From contig JAGAED010000006.1 in the NCBI GenBank assembly GCA_017613275.1, positions 97,207-161,206 on the forward strand: a stretch of 64,000 nt of DNA. Direction: 5' to 3'. This DNA is from Clostridia bacterium (lineage in GTDB: Bacteria; Bacillota; Clostridia; TANB77; CAG-508). The position numbers were made by a program, and so were the translations under genes. The notes beneath the pieces were generated by a model. It worked only from the letters and a program-made list of their open reading frames with translations. It had not been told where the DNA came from and did no database searches. Numbering within the stretch: the first letter of the stretch is position 1; every line of letters starts with the position of its first letter. Below, in pieces: positions 18,473 to 28,338 of this stretch.

Positions 18473-20314
18473 ATGCAAGGTTTTATAAAAAATGAACGAG
18501 GTGTATCGCTTATATCCCTAGCAACTGCGATAATCATACTTGGAATAATTATAAGCATGTTGCTGTACAATGTTAAAGACACAAAAGATACAGAACGCGT
18601 GTCAAATTTGTATATAGATATAGAAGGAATAACTGATAGAGTTTCTAATTATTACTCAAGGTATGGAGCTTTGCCAGTTCTTAGAAATATAGATTTAAGT
18701 TCAGATTCCACAATAAATGAATGGATTTCAGAACTTCAAAGTGAAAATAATGAAGGACCGCTTGGTGCAAATGACACAGGCAATTTTTATGTTATAGACA
18801 TGAATGCTCTAGAGAATTTGTCATTAAATTATGGTAGTGGTTTTAATAGAGAATCCTTGCCAGACGATAAAGATGTATATGTTATAAATGAAAATAGCCA
18901 CAATATTTTTTACTTACATGGGATAAAAGTTACAAATAATGGCGTTGTAAAAATATATTATACAAACCAAAAAAAGGATGTAGAAAAAGTTAGTATTCAA
19001 TATGTTGACGAAATAAAAATTCCAGATGGATTTGTTTTTAAAAGTGGAGATACTAGAAATAATTTGAAAATTGAAAAAATTGTAACAGGTGGTACAAATA
19101 TTGAATATACATGGGCAAATACAGGTGACAATGTTTACCAAATGACTAAAAAGACTGTAAATGACGCGACTGAATATCATTTGATTTTTGGAAATACAAT
19201 GGATTCTAAAATAATATTTGACACAACAAATGGTCAAAATGCAGATGACTTAATTGCCAGTGCGAAAGAGTTTGGAGGATTTTATTATACACCTGGTACG
19301 GCAGAAAATACAGTTAATGTATATTATTTCTCAGTTTCAGAAGATGACAACTGGGGAATGCCTTATGGAAAAGAGGGCGTTTATATAGATAAAAATGGCG
19401 ACAGAGCATACATTCCACAAGGATTTAGAATAAGTAAATTATCAAGCCTAAATACAATTAATAAAGGCTTAGTAATAAAGAAATATGTTACAGATGCACA
19501 AATCCAAGCAGGAGATACAGGTGACGAATATGTTTGGATCGATGTTCCTGACAATGTTTTAGCAAATGCAAGAACACTAGAAGAAATTGAAAATGCATTG
19601 AAAGAGTATACAAAAGACTATAGAGCAGAAGGATATGAAGATACCTATTTGGATGGGTTAGTTATGACAAATGATGAAACCAAAAATAACAAAGTTGTTT
19701 ATAATGAATTAAAAAACAAAATGCTTCAAAGTATAAAACAAAATGGCGGATTTTATATTGGGAGATATGAGGCAGGGAAAGATGATAATAATAATCTAGT
19801 ATGCCAAAAAGAAAAAAAAACATACAACTTTATTACAGTTGGTAAAGCACAGGATTTAGCAGATAATGGAACAAATGAAAACTATACTACTAGTTTGATG
19901 TTTGGTATTCAATGGGATTTAATCTGTAAATTTATAGAAGAAACTGGTGCCAAAAGTTATTCTGAAATAGCTGTGAACAGTATAGAGTGGGGAAATTATA
20001 CAAGTTCAAGTATTGATTATGTATATGATAATACTAATTATAATAAACCAGCAGAAACACAAAAACTTTTAAAAACCGGTTCGTCTATTCAGACCAAGGT
20101 GCTAAATATATTTGATTTAGCGGGAAATCAAATAGAATTTACTCTTGAAAAAGCTGAAAACAATAGATGTGTTTTAAGAGGAGGAGGATATCAAAGCCAG
20201 AACAGTAGTTTGATATCATATACAAAATTGGGACTAGAAGCTAAATACTCAGACTGTGGTTTCCGTGTAACCCTATTCAAAACCCCACCAGAAACAGCAA
20301 CATCAAGTAACTAA
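18473..20314 (+). CDS. Type IV pilin-like N-terminus fused to an FGE-sulfatase/C-type-lectin-like C-terminal domain
   Basis: NERG|VSLISLATAIIILGII; GGFYIGRYEAG, IFDLAGN, VLRGGGY and GFRVTLF. Confidence 0.75.
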   Translation: MQGFIKNERGVSLISLATAIIILGIIISMLLYNVKDTKDTERVSNLYIDIEGITDRVSNYYSRYGALPVLRNIDLSSDSTINEWISELQSENNEGPLGANDTGNFYVIDMNALENLSLNYGSGFNRESLPDDKDVYVINENSHNIFYLHGIKVTNNGVVKIYYTNQKKDVEKVSIQYVDEIKIPDGFVFKSGDTRNNLKIEKIVTGGTNIEYTWANTGDNVYQMTKKTVNDATEYHLIFGNTMDSKIIFDTTNGQNADDLIASAKEFGGFYYTPGTAENTVNVYYFSVSEDDNWGMPYGKEGVYIDKNGDRAYIPQGFRISKLSSLNTINKGLVIKKYVTDAQIQAGDTGDEYVWIDVPDNVLANARTLEEIENALKEYTKDYRAEGYEDTYLDGLVMTNDETKNNKVVYNELKNKMLQSIKQNGGFYIGRYEAGKDDNNNLVCQKEKKTYNFITVGKAQDLADNGTNENYTTSLMFGIQWDLICKFIEETGAKSYSEIAVNSIEWGNYTSSSIDYVYDNTNYNKPAETQKLLKTGSSIQTKVLNIFDLAGNQIEFTLEKAENNRCVLRGGGYQSQNSSLISYTKLGLEAKYSDCGFRVTLFKTPPETATSSN

Positions 20315-20320
20315 ATAAAA

Positions 20321-20360
20321 AATGCTACCCAAGGCCAAAAGCCTAAAGGGTAGTTTTTTT
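20321..20360 (+). terminator. Intrinsic terminator
   Basis: CTACCC...GGGTAG stem followed by a T tract. Confidence 0.65.
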
Positions 20361-20572
20361 ATTTACAAAGATTACCAGATATGTCGAAAAATGTCGATGA
20401 AATTATGTTGACAAAATGGAAGAACCATAATATAGTATATCCAGATTATAATCAAAATAAGTTTAAACTTATAATTTATTCAATTATTTTATTAAATTTC
20501 TGGTATTTCAACCAAAAATTTCAAAAAATGCTTTTAATATTTTTAAAATATGTTATAATAGGAGGTGAATTA

Positions 20573-20842
20573 ATGCCAATAATTTCACAATTTTATGGTA
20601 TTATTATTAGGATTTATTTTAATGATAAAGAAAAACATCATTTAGCACATATTCATGTTCAATATAATGAATATGATGCTACATATGCTATAAATGATTG
20701 TAATGTATTGGAAGGTGAATTACCATCTAAACAACATAAATTAGTAGTTGCGTGGATGGAAATACATAAAGAGGAATTACAAGCATTATGGGAAGTTTCT
20801 CAAAAAGAAGGTGAAATATTTAAAATAGATCCTTTAAAATAG
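20573..20842 (+). CDS. DUF4160-family protein (putative TA toxin)
   Basis: MPIISQFYGIIIRIYFND...HHLAHIHVQY...GELP...W; RBS GGAGGTG. Confidence 0.85.
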   Translation: MPIISQFYGIIIRIYFNDKEKHHLAHIHVQYNEYDATYAINDCNVLEGELPSKQHKLVVAWMEIHKEELQALWEVSQKEGEIFKIDPLK

Positions 20843-20853
20843 GAGGATTAAAT

Positions 20854-21096
20854 ATGATACCACCAAGAATTAAGGATATAAAGGTTTTAGATAATTATAA
20901 TATAGAAATATATTATATAAATGGAGAAAAAAGAATATATAATATGGAAAAAAACTTAGAGTTTAAATTTTATAATAATTTAAAGAATATTAGCTATTTT
21001 AAATTAGCGAAATCTGCAGAAACAACAATAGAATGGCCTCAAGGAGAGGATATTGATCCAAATGAATTATATGAAAATAGTATAGTTATTGATTAA
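20854..21096 (+). CDS. DUF2442-family protein (putative TA partner)
   Basis: TIEWPQGEDIDPNELY motif; adjacent to DUF4160. Confidence 0.85.
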   Translation: MIPPRIKDIKVLDNYNIEIYYINGEKRIYNMEKNLEFKFYNNLKNISYFKLAKSAETTIEWPQGEDIDPNELYENSIVID

Positions 21097-21120
21097 GCGA
21101 TAATAATAAAAAATTGCGTG

Positions 21121-22089
21121 TTATACACGCAATTTTTTTATTATCTTCATTTCATTATAAAGAGTATCAATCTGAGTTTTTTTGGTTGAATATGCTTCTT
21201 TATATTCAGCCAAAATTTGTTTATAGTTTTCGATAGTTTCACCATTCCTTAAATAAAGCTTCATTCCCTCTAAAAAGTAGTTTTGTTTCTTTTCAGTAGT
21301 TGCTTTCTCACGTTTAACATCATATTTTTCTACTTTATTTAATCTTGTGATTTCGGCTTTTAAATCATCAACATAAGATTGCCTGCATGAAATTTCATAG
21401 CCAATATCATCGATAACTACTTTGAATAGAACTCTTAGTATTACAGGATTAATTTTTCCCATTTTTGCTAATTCTTGCATTTCAGTAAGTGCAACAGATT
21501 TTTCTTCTTCCTTATATCTAGATTTTGCATTTGGTTGAGAGTTTTCTATAAGAATTTTTAATGTGTCTGATATTCCAATGTGAGTTTTATATTGACGTTT
21601 GCTTACTATTGCATCATATTCGTCAGCAATTGTAACAATTTGAATTTCATAAGGGATTTCCTTTTTGGTTAAACCTTGTGGATATCCAGAACCATTTAAT
21701 GCTTCATGATGTGATAGGGCAAAGTTAGCGTATGGCCTTAGTTTGGGGTCTTTATTAAGCATATTAAATCCAATAGTTGTATGTGTTTTCATTGTTTGAT
21801 ATTCTTCATCTGTTAGTTTTCCAGGTTTTTGCAATATTTCGGCTGGAATATATAGTTTTCCAACATCATGTAGGTAGGCTCCTATTGTACAATATTCTGT
21901 AAAACCTTTTTTACAGTGTAGATATTCACATAATCTACAAGTTACACTTGCAACATTTTCACAATGCTTTCTTGTGAAGACATCCAATGTGTCCAACATA
22001 TTTAATTGGTATCTCATTCTTTCGTCTAAATTATATGATTTTAAACTTGTTTTGTCATAAAAATCGAATACTTCATTTTTCATTTGCAT
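21121..22089 (-). CDS. HD-GYP domain protein
   Basis: LHDVGK, KPGKLT, HHE, GSGYPQG and ADEYDA. Confidence 0.9.
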   Translation of the reverse strand: MQMKNEVFDFYDKTSLKSYNLDERMRYQLNMLDTLDVFTRKHCENVASVTCRLCEYLHCKKGFTEYCTIGAYLHDVGKLYIPAEILQKPGKLTDEEYQTMKTHTTIGFNMLNKDPKLRPYANFALSHHEALNGSGYPQGLTKKEIPYEIQIVTIADEYDAIVSKRQYKTHIGISDTLKILIENSQPNAKSRYKEEEKSVALTEMQELAKMGKINPVILRVLFKVVIDDIGYEISCRQSYVDDLKAEITRLNKVEKYDVKREKATTEKKQNYFLEGMKLYLRNGETIENYKQILAEYKEAYSTKKTQIDTLYNEMKIIKKLRV

Positions 22090-22150
22090 TTCTCCTTGTC
22101 TTTTTCTATTATTATAATAACATTATATATTTTTTTTTGCAAGATTTTTT

Positions 22151-22262
22151 AGCTAACTATATATTCTTCCCGGGTCTCCCCATTCACATAGTTCTAAGAG
22201 ATAAATCTCTAAGAACTATGGAACGGCCCCCACTTGACCACTCACAGAATATATAGTTAGCT
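22151..22262. repeat. Structured intergenic element family A, copy 2
   Basis: Same core as 16259-16367 with compensatory changes; 17-bp outer inverted repeat. Confidence 0.9.
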
Positions 22263-22352
22263 TATTACAAATTTACTATAATTTGCTTAAATCAATTGAA
22301 TTATTGCAAAAAATGTGGTATTATATACAAAGTTAAAAATGAAGAAGGGAAG

Positions 22353-24104
22353 ATGACAATGTATAGAACAAAAACATGCGGAGAATTAAATATAAAAAAT
22401 GTTGGAGAAGAGGTTGAACTATCTGGGTGGATTCAAAAAATTAGAAACCTAGGTGGAATGATTTTTATAGATTTAAGAGACGAATTTGGTATTACTCAAA
22501 TTGTTATAAATGATGAAAAAATGCAAGAGATTGCAAAAGACTATAATACCGAAAGTTGTATCCACATAAAAGGAAAAATTGTGGAAAGAAGTAATAAAAA
22601 TCTTAAAATTCCAACAGGAGAAATTGAAGTAGTAGCAAGTGAAATAGAAGTTTTAGGAAAATGTAAAACTGTGCTTCCTTTTGAAATAAACACAGACCAA
22701 GAGGTTAGAGAGGATTTAAGATTAGAGTATAGATTTTTAGATTTAAGAAACGAAAAGTTGCACAATAATATTTTACTTCGTTCTAAAATCTTAAAAACAT
22801 TAAGAGATAAAATGGACGAATTAGGTTTTACAGAAATTCAAACTCCAATTTTAGCTAATTCATCTCCAGAAGGTGCAAGAGATTACTTGGTTCCAAGTAG
22901 ATTGAATCCTGGTGAGTTTTATGCTCTTCCACAAGCACCACAACAATTCAAACAATTATTGATGGTAAGTGGATTTAATAAGTATTTCCAAATTGCTCCA
23001 TGTTTTAGAGATGAAGATCCAAGAGCTGATAGAGCTCCAGGCGAATTCTATCAATTAGACTTTGAAATGAGTTTTGCAACACAAGAAGATGTATTCAAAG
23101 TTATTGAAAGTGTTGTGCCATATACATTTGAAAAATTCACAAATTATAATGTTGATAAAGGACCATTTGTAAGAATACCATACAGAGAAGCCATGGAAAA
23201 ATACGGAATTGATAAACCAGATTTAAGAAATCCACTTATAATACAAGATGTTACAAAATGCTTCGAAGGTTCTGATTTTAAAGCATTTGAAGGTAAAACA
23301 ATTAAAGCAATTGTTGTTCCAAATGGGGCAGAACAAGGTAGAAAATTCTTTGATAAAATGGGTGAATATGCTGTAACTGACGAAGTTGGAGCAAAAGGAC
23401 TAGCTTGGGTTAAATTTGAACAAGATGGAACAGTTGCAGGTGGAATTGCTAAATTCATTACAGAAGAAATTAAGGCAAAACTTGAAAGCGATTTCGGCGC
23501 AGAAAAGAATTGTGCTATATTCTTTATTGCAGATGAATTTGCTAAAGCTCAAAAAATAGCAGGTTTAGTAAGAATTGAGCTTGGTAAAAGATTAGATTTA
23601 CTAGAAAAAGATGTATTCAGATTCTGCTTCATAGTAGATTTCCCAATGTATGAATTATCTGACGAAGGAACAATCGACTTTAACCACAATCCATTCTCAA
23701 TGCCACAAGGCGGAATGGAAGCTTTAGAAACACAAAATCCATTAGATATAGTTGCATACCAATTTGACTTAGTATGTAATGGTTATGAAATGGCATCTGG
23801 TGCAGTTAGAAACCACGACCCAGAGATAATGGTAAAAGCATTTGAAATTGCAGGTTATAATGAAGATGATGTAAAAAATAGATTTGGGGCATTATATAAT
23901 GCATTCCAATATGGAACACCACCACATGCTGGTGCTGCACCTGGAATCGATAGAATGGTAATGCTTATAGCTGAATCTACAAACATTAGAGAAGTAATAG
24001 CATTCCCTAAAAACAAGAAAGCAAGAGACTTGCTTATGAGAGCACCTTCTAAAGTAACAGAAGAACAATTAAAAGATGTTCATATATGTTTAAGAAATGA
24101 TTAA
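22353..24104 (+). CDS. aspS: Aspartate-tRNA ligase
   Basis: YRTKTCGEL, EGARDY, LPQAPQ, CFRDED and PPHAG. Confidence 0.97.
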   Translation: MTMYRTKTCGELNIKNVGEEVELSGWIQKIRNLGGMIFIDLRDEFGITQIVINDEKMQEIAKDYNTESCIHIKGKIVERSNKNLKIPTGEIEVVASEIEVLGKCKTVLPFEINTDQEVREDLRLEYRFLDLRNEKLHNNILLRSKILKTLRDKMDELGFTEIQTPILANSSPEGARDYLVPSRLNPGEFYALPQAPQQFKQLLMVSGFNKYFQIAPCFRDEDPRADRAPGEFYQLDFEMSFATQEDVFKVIESVVPYTFEKFTNYNVDKGPFVRIPYREAMEKYGIDKPDLRNPLIIQDVTKCFEGSDFKAFEGKTIKAIVVPNGAEQGRKFFDKMGEYAVTDEVGAKGLAWVKFEQDGTVAGGIAKFITEEIKAKLESDFGAEKNCAIFFIADEFAKAQKIAGLVRIELGKRLDLLEKDVFRFCFIVDFPMYELSDEGTIDFNHNPFSMPQGGMEALETQNPLDIVAYQFDLVCNGYEMASGAVRNHDPEIMVKAFEIAGYNEDDVKNRFGALYNAFQYGTPPHAGAAPGIDRMVMLIAESTNIREVIAFPKNKKARDLLMRAPSKVTEEQLKDVHICLRND

Positions 24105-24127
24105 AAAAGTTGCCTTAGGCAACTTTT

Positions 24128-24847
24128 TTAATCATTTCTACTAATAGATTCATCAAGCACACTGCTTTTGTCACTCTCAGAAATATATCCATATTTAACC
24201 ATTGCATTTAAAACCTGTTTTTGTCTTTGTTTTGCAAGTTCCGGATTTACAGTTGGAGCATAGATTGACGGAGCATTTGGAACTCCTGCAAGCATTGTGG
24301 CTTCATATAAGGTTAAATCTTTTGGCTCTTTATTATAATATCCTTTACTTGCCTCGTATATTCCGTAATAGCCATCGCCAAAGTAGGCTGTATTAACATA
24401 TATTGCAAAGATTTCATTTTTGGAATAATTTTTTTCCAAGTCTGAAGCACCAAAGATTTCGCCCAGTTTCCTTTCAAGAGTTCGTTCTTGGCTGAAAAGA
24501 ACATTTTTGGCAACTTGCTGCGTTATAGTGCTTCCGCCTTGTTCAAATTCGCCTTCTTTTATATTTGTGAAAATTGCTCTTATTATAGATAAATAGTCTA
24601 CCGCCCCATGGTCAAAATATCTGTGGTCTTCGATTGCTACAACTGCATTTATATAGTTTTTATTTAAATCATCAAATTTGACAAAATTTTCTTTGCTTGT
24701 TATTTCATTTATTCTATCAAAAAGTGGTTTTTCTTTAAGAACATTAGAATAGCAACCATATCCTATAAAAAATAGAATTGAAGCGACAACTAATATAAAA
24801 ATTGATATTACTATTAAAATTCTTCTAAATATTTTCAAAATTATCAC
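24128..24847 (-). CDS. Monofunctional peptidoglycan transglycosylase
   Basis: EDHRYFDHG, GGSTITQQVAKN and LERKLGE GT51 motifs. Confidence 0.9.
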   Translation of the reverse strand: MIILKIFRRILIVISIFILVVASILFFIGYGCYSNVLKEKPLFDRINEITSKENFVKFDDLNKNYINAVVAIEDHRYFDHGAVDYLSIIRAIFTNIKEGEFEQGGSTITQQVAKNVLFSQERTLERKLGEIFGASDLEKNYSKNEIFAIYVNTAYFGDGYYGIYEASKGYYNKEPKDLTLYEATMLAGVPNAPSIYAPTVNPELAKQRQKQVLNAMVKYGYISESDKSSVLDESISRND

Positions 24848-24981
24848 CTCTTTAAAAAAGATTATATAATAAAAAATAAAAAAAAGAAATATCTAATCAT
24901 GAATTTATATAAAATGGTGGTAATATAATTGTTTAGGTGCTATAATGATTAAAAGAAATTATGCTGAAAGGAAGACAGTAA

Positions 24982-26019
24982 ATGACAAAAACAGAAAGAC
25001 AATATGTTACAAAATTAAATTCAGAAATGCCAGAATTCACAGGGACACCTACAGAAGTAGAAATGAAAATTGCTATGTATGTTTATTTAAAATTAGGTAA
25101 GTCAAAAACTTTTGATGAAAAGTGGTTTTTTGCTAATAGAGCTGAAAGACAAAAAATGAGAAAGGTAAACAAAAAAGAAAAGAAAAATCTAGATTTAATT
25201 ATAAAGAAAAGAAAATTAGTGTGTCTTACTATTTCAAGTTTATATGCTAGATTATTAAAGGATTTTGGACTAAAATGTAAAACTGAAAACTTATATGATC
25301 ATGATGAACATATGTCTAATATTATTACATTAAGTAATGGAGAAAAGCTTGTTGTTGACTTACAAAAGGACCTAGAATACATACAAACCAAGAGTAAAAC
25401 ACAAAATTTTGGCTATATATATAGGAATGGACTTTTAACAGGTAAAAAATTGAGTGACGAAGAATTATTTGAACTTCATAAATCATGTGGTTATGTCGAA
25501 AAAGAAGAGGACTACATGGATGCTAGAATAAAAGAATTTTCTAAAAAAGTTGAAGGGCTAGAAGCTGATGAAGTTTTAGAAAAAATTCTATTTGATCGAA
25601 GTTTGAAAGGATATCAAAAAGATATTGGTTATATAGAGTTACTTAAACATTATACAAGAATTATTCACAAAGTTGCTCCAAAAATGGATAAGACAAAAAT
25701 CCATTCTTGTAATTGTTATAGAAAGGTTTCTGGTGAAAAAGGGACAGATGAGAAAGAGTACATTATGTGTTTTTATTCAATAGTAGATGATAAAGTAAAA
25801 GCGTATATGTATTCTAACATTGGGAAATGTTTTAAGCCGATTGAATTAGAAACATTTGCAAAACTTGAAAAAGATGGCTTATTTATTGGGAAAAATCCTC
25901 AAGAAGATGGAGCTGTATTATTGAGAAAGTACATTAACAAGGCTGTTGAAGAAAGCATAAAGAAAAAACATATGGAAGACTATAAAAGAAATACTTTGAG
26001 CCATATAGAACGCGAATAA
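24982..26019 (+). CDS. Hypothetical protein with a putative transglutaminase/papain-like Cys-His-Asp triad
   Basis: LVC-x3-SxLYxxLL...EHMSNII...VVDL spacing. Confidence 0.55.
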   Translation: MTKTERQYVTKLNSEMPEFTGTPTEVEMKIAMYVYLKLGKSKTFDEKWFFANRAERQKMRKVNKKEKKNLDLIIKKRKLVCLTISSLYARLLKDFGLKCKTENLYDHDEHMSNIITLSNGEKLVVDLQKDLEYIQTKSKTQNFGYIYRNGLLTGKKLSDEELFELHKSCGYVEKEEDYMDARIKEFSKKVEGLEADEVLEKILFDRSLKGYQKDIGYIELLKHYTRIIHKVAPKMDKTKIHSCNCYRKVSGEKGTDEKEYIMCFYSIVDDKVKAYMYSNIGKCFKPIELETFAKLEKDGLFIGKNPQEDGAVLLRKYINKAVEESIKKKHMEDYKRNTLSHIERE

Positions 26020-26143
26020 AAAGCATAATATTTTTATATTATGCTTTAAAAAAATATAAAACATAAATTCGTAAAAAAGATTGACTTTTTTTAAATTAAT
26101 ATATATAATGACATTGAATTGAAGATAAAGCGAGGTAATTAAA

Positions 26144-26767
26144 ATGTTAGCATATATAAAAGGAACTTTAGAAATGAAGATGACAGGATATGTTGTAATT
26201 GACGTTGGTGGACTTGGTTACAAAGTTTTTATGACAGATTCTGGAATAGAGAATTTAGGTAATATAGGAGAAACAGTTAAAGTACATACATATTATAAAG
26301 TTAGGGAAGATGATGTTAGTATTTTTGGGTTTAACACATTGGAAGAATTAAAAATGTTTGAACTTCTAATATCTGTAAGTGGAGTAGGAGCAAAAACAGC
26401 AATAACAATGTTATCAGCATGTGAACCAACTCAATTTGCCATTGCAATTATTTCTGAAGATGTAAACACTTTAAAACAAATCCCAGGAATAGGTGCAAAA
26501 TCTGCACAAAGAATAATTTTAGAATTAAAAGATAAAATAAAGAAAGAACAACAAATTCAAGAACTAACAAGAGCAAGCAAAACAACAGCAAAAACTAAAC
26601 TTGAAATTACAATTGAAAACAATGAAAAAATTGATGAAGCAATTGCAGCACTTCAAGTTTTGGGATACAACAAAAAGGAAATTGAAAAAGCTTTTGCTAA
26701 AATTGAATGTGGCGAATTATCAACAGAAGATTTAATTAGAAAGGGGTTGTCAATCCTTGGAAAGTAA
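26144..26767 (+). CDS. ruvA: Holliday junction DNA-binding subunit RuvA
   Basis: DVGGLGY, VRED, VSGVGAK, IPGIGAKSAQRIILELKDK and ALQVLGY. Confidence 0.97.
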   Translation: MLAYIKGTLEMKMTGYVVIDVGGLGYKVFMTDSGIENLGNIGETVKVHTYYKVREDDVSIFGFNTLEELKMFELLISVSGVGAKTAITMLSACEPTQFAIAIISEDVNTLKQIPGIGAKSAQRIILELKDKIKKEQQIQELTRASKTTAKTKLEITIENNEKIDEAIAALQVLGYNKKEIEKAFAKIECGELSTEDLIRKGLSILGK

Positions 26768-28001
26768 ACAGCCACTAGCTTACAGAATAAGACCCAAAAC
26801 ATTGGAAGAATATGTAGGACAAGAACATGTAATAGGTAAAGACAAAATATTATACAGAACAATAAAAGCAGACAGGCTATCTAGTATAATATTGTTTGGA
26901 CCTCCAGGATGCGGAAAAACTTCTCTTGCAAGGGTTATAAGCGAAACAACTAAATATAAATTTTATAAAATAAATGCCGTAACTGCGGGAGTGCAAGATA
27001 TAAAAAGAGTAATTGAAGAAACAAAAAATTTTATGCTTAATCCAGCTGGAAAAAGTATATTATTTATTGACGAAATTCACAGGTTTAATAAACTTCAACA
27101 AGATGCACTTTTGCCTTTTGTGGAAGATGGTACAATTATTTTAATTGGTGCAACAACTGAAAACCCATATTTTGAAGTAAATAAGGCTCTTATTTCAAGA
27201 TCAATGGTAATTAAACTTGAAGCATTAACAGAGGATGATGTTTTTAAAGTTTTAAAAAATGCTATTGAAAGAAAAGATGGTTTAGGAGAATACCAAATAA
27301 AAATTGAAGATAGTACTTTAAGAAAACTTGCAAGTATTTCTTCAGGAGATGTTAGAACAGCTTTAAATGGATTAGAGGTTGCGGTTCTTACAACTGCAAT
27401 GGATTCGGATGGTTTTATACATATAACAGATGAGGTTATAAAAAATAGTGTGCAAAATAAAAAGGCTATTTTTGATAAAAATGGAGATAGCCATTATGAT
27501 AATATTAGTGCATTTATAAAATCTATGAGAGGCTCAGATCCAGATGCTGCAGTTTTCTATTTAGCTAGAGCTTTAAATGGTGGGGAAGATCCAATGTTTT
27601 TAGCAAGAAGGATTGTGATTTGTGCTTCAGAAGATGTTGGTATGGCAAACCCTAATGCTCTTGTTGTTGCAAATTCTGCAATGCAGGCTGTTCACATGGT
27701 TGGAATGCCAGAGGCAAGAATTTTACTTTCAGAAGCGGCTGTATATGTAGCTACTTCTAAAAAATCAAATGCAAGTTATTTGGCTATAAATAAAGCACTT
27801 GAAGATGTGAAAAATAAAGAAACTGGAGAGGTTCCAATGCATATTAGAAATGCTCCTGTTAAACAAATGGAAGAATTTGGCTATCATCAAGGATATTTGT
27901 ATCCACACGACTTCCCAGGACATTGGGTTGAACAGCAATATTTACCAGATGAAATGGTTGGAACTAAGTATTATGAAAAAGATGAAAATTGTATTCAATA
28001 A
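26757..28001 (+). CDS. rarA: Replication-associated recombination protein A
   Basis: PLAYRIRP, GPPGCGKT, DEIHRFNKLQQD and SAFIKSMRGSDPD. Confidence 0.95.
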   Translation: MESKQPLAYRIRPKTLEEYVGQEHVIGKDKILYRTIKADRLSSIILFGPPGCGKTSLARVISETTKYKFYKINAVTAGVQDIKRVIEETKNFMLNPAGKSILFIDEIHRFNKLQQDALLPFVEDGTIILIGATTENPYFEVNKALISRSMVIKLEALTEDDVFKVLKNAIERKDGLGEYQIKIEDSTLRKLASISSGDVRTALNGLEVAVLTTAMDSDGFIHITDEVIKNSVQNKKAIFDKNGDSHYDNISAFIKSMRGSDPDAAVFYLARALNGGEDPMFLARRIVICASEDVGMANPNALVVANSAMQAVHMVGMPEARILLSEAAVYVATSKKSNASYLAINKALEDVKNKETGEVPMHIRNAPVKQMEEFGYHQGYLYPHDFPGHWVEQQYLPDEMVGTKYYEKDENCIQ

Positions 28002-28081
28002 AATTTGAATACAATTTTCATCTTTTTATTTATAATTATTTAAATTTTTGCACATAATAAAATTGAAAGGAAGGATGAATT

Positions 28082-28222
28082 ATGAAGTTTGTAAAAGGTG
28101 CTGTAATTGGCGGTTTAGTAGCGACTGGTATATATATGATGTACTCTCAAAATGAATATAAAACAAGAAAAGTTATGATGAAAAAAGGAAAACAATTAAT
28201 TAAAAAGATGGGAATTATATAA
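28082..28222 (+). CDS. 46-aa small protein, YtxH-like N-terminus (missing from the ORF track)
   Basis: RBS GGAAGGA; MKFVKGAVIGGLVATGIYMMY...KKMGII*. Confidence 0.7.
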   Translation: MKFVKGAVIGGLVATGIYMMYSQNEYKTRKVMMKKGKQLIKKMGII

Positions 28223-28338
28223 TTATTGCAAATTTGCAATAATTTTTTTCTTTCTAAAATTTGACAAATTCAGCGTTTTATAGTATAATTTAGGAGTTTT
28301 ATAAATGAGAAAATAATAATTTTGAAAGGAAGAAAAAA

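Noticed and set aside
20381-20572. N-terminal extensions in the ORF track (also 4417, 5069, 6474, 22296, 61925)
   Set aside because: RBS position and family N-termini point to downstream starts.
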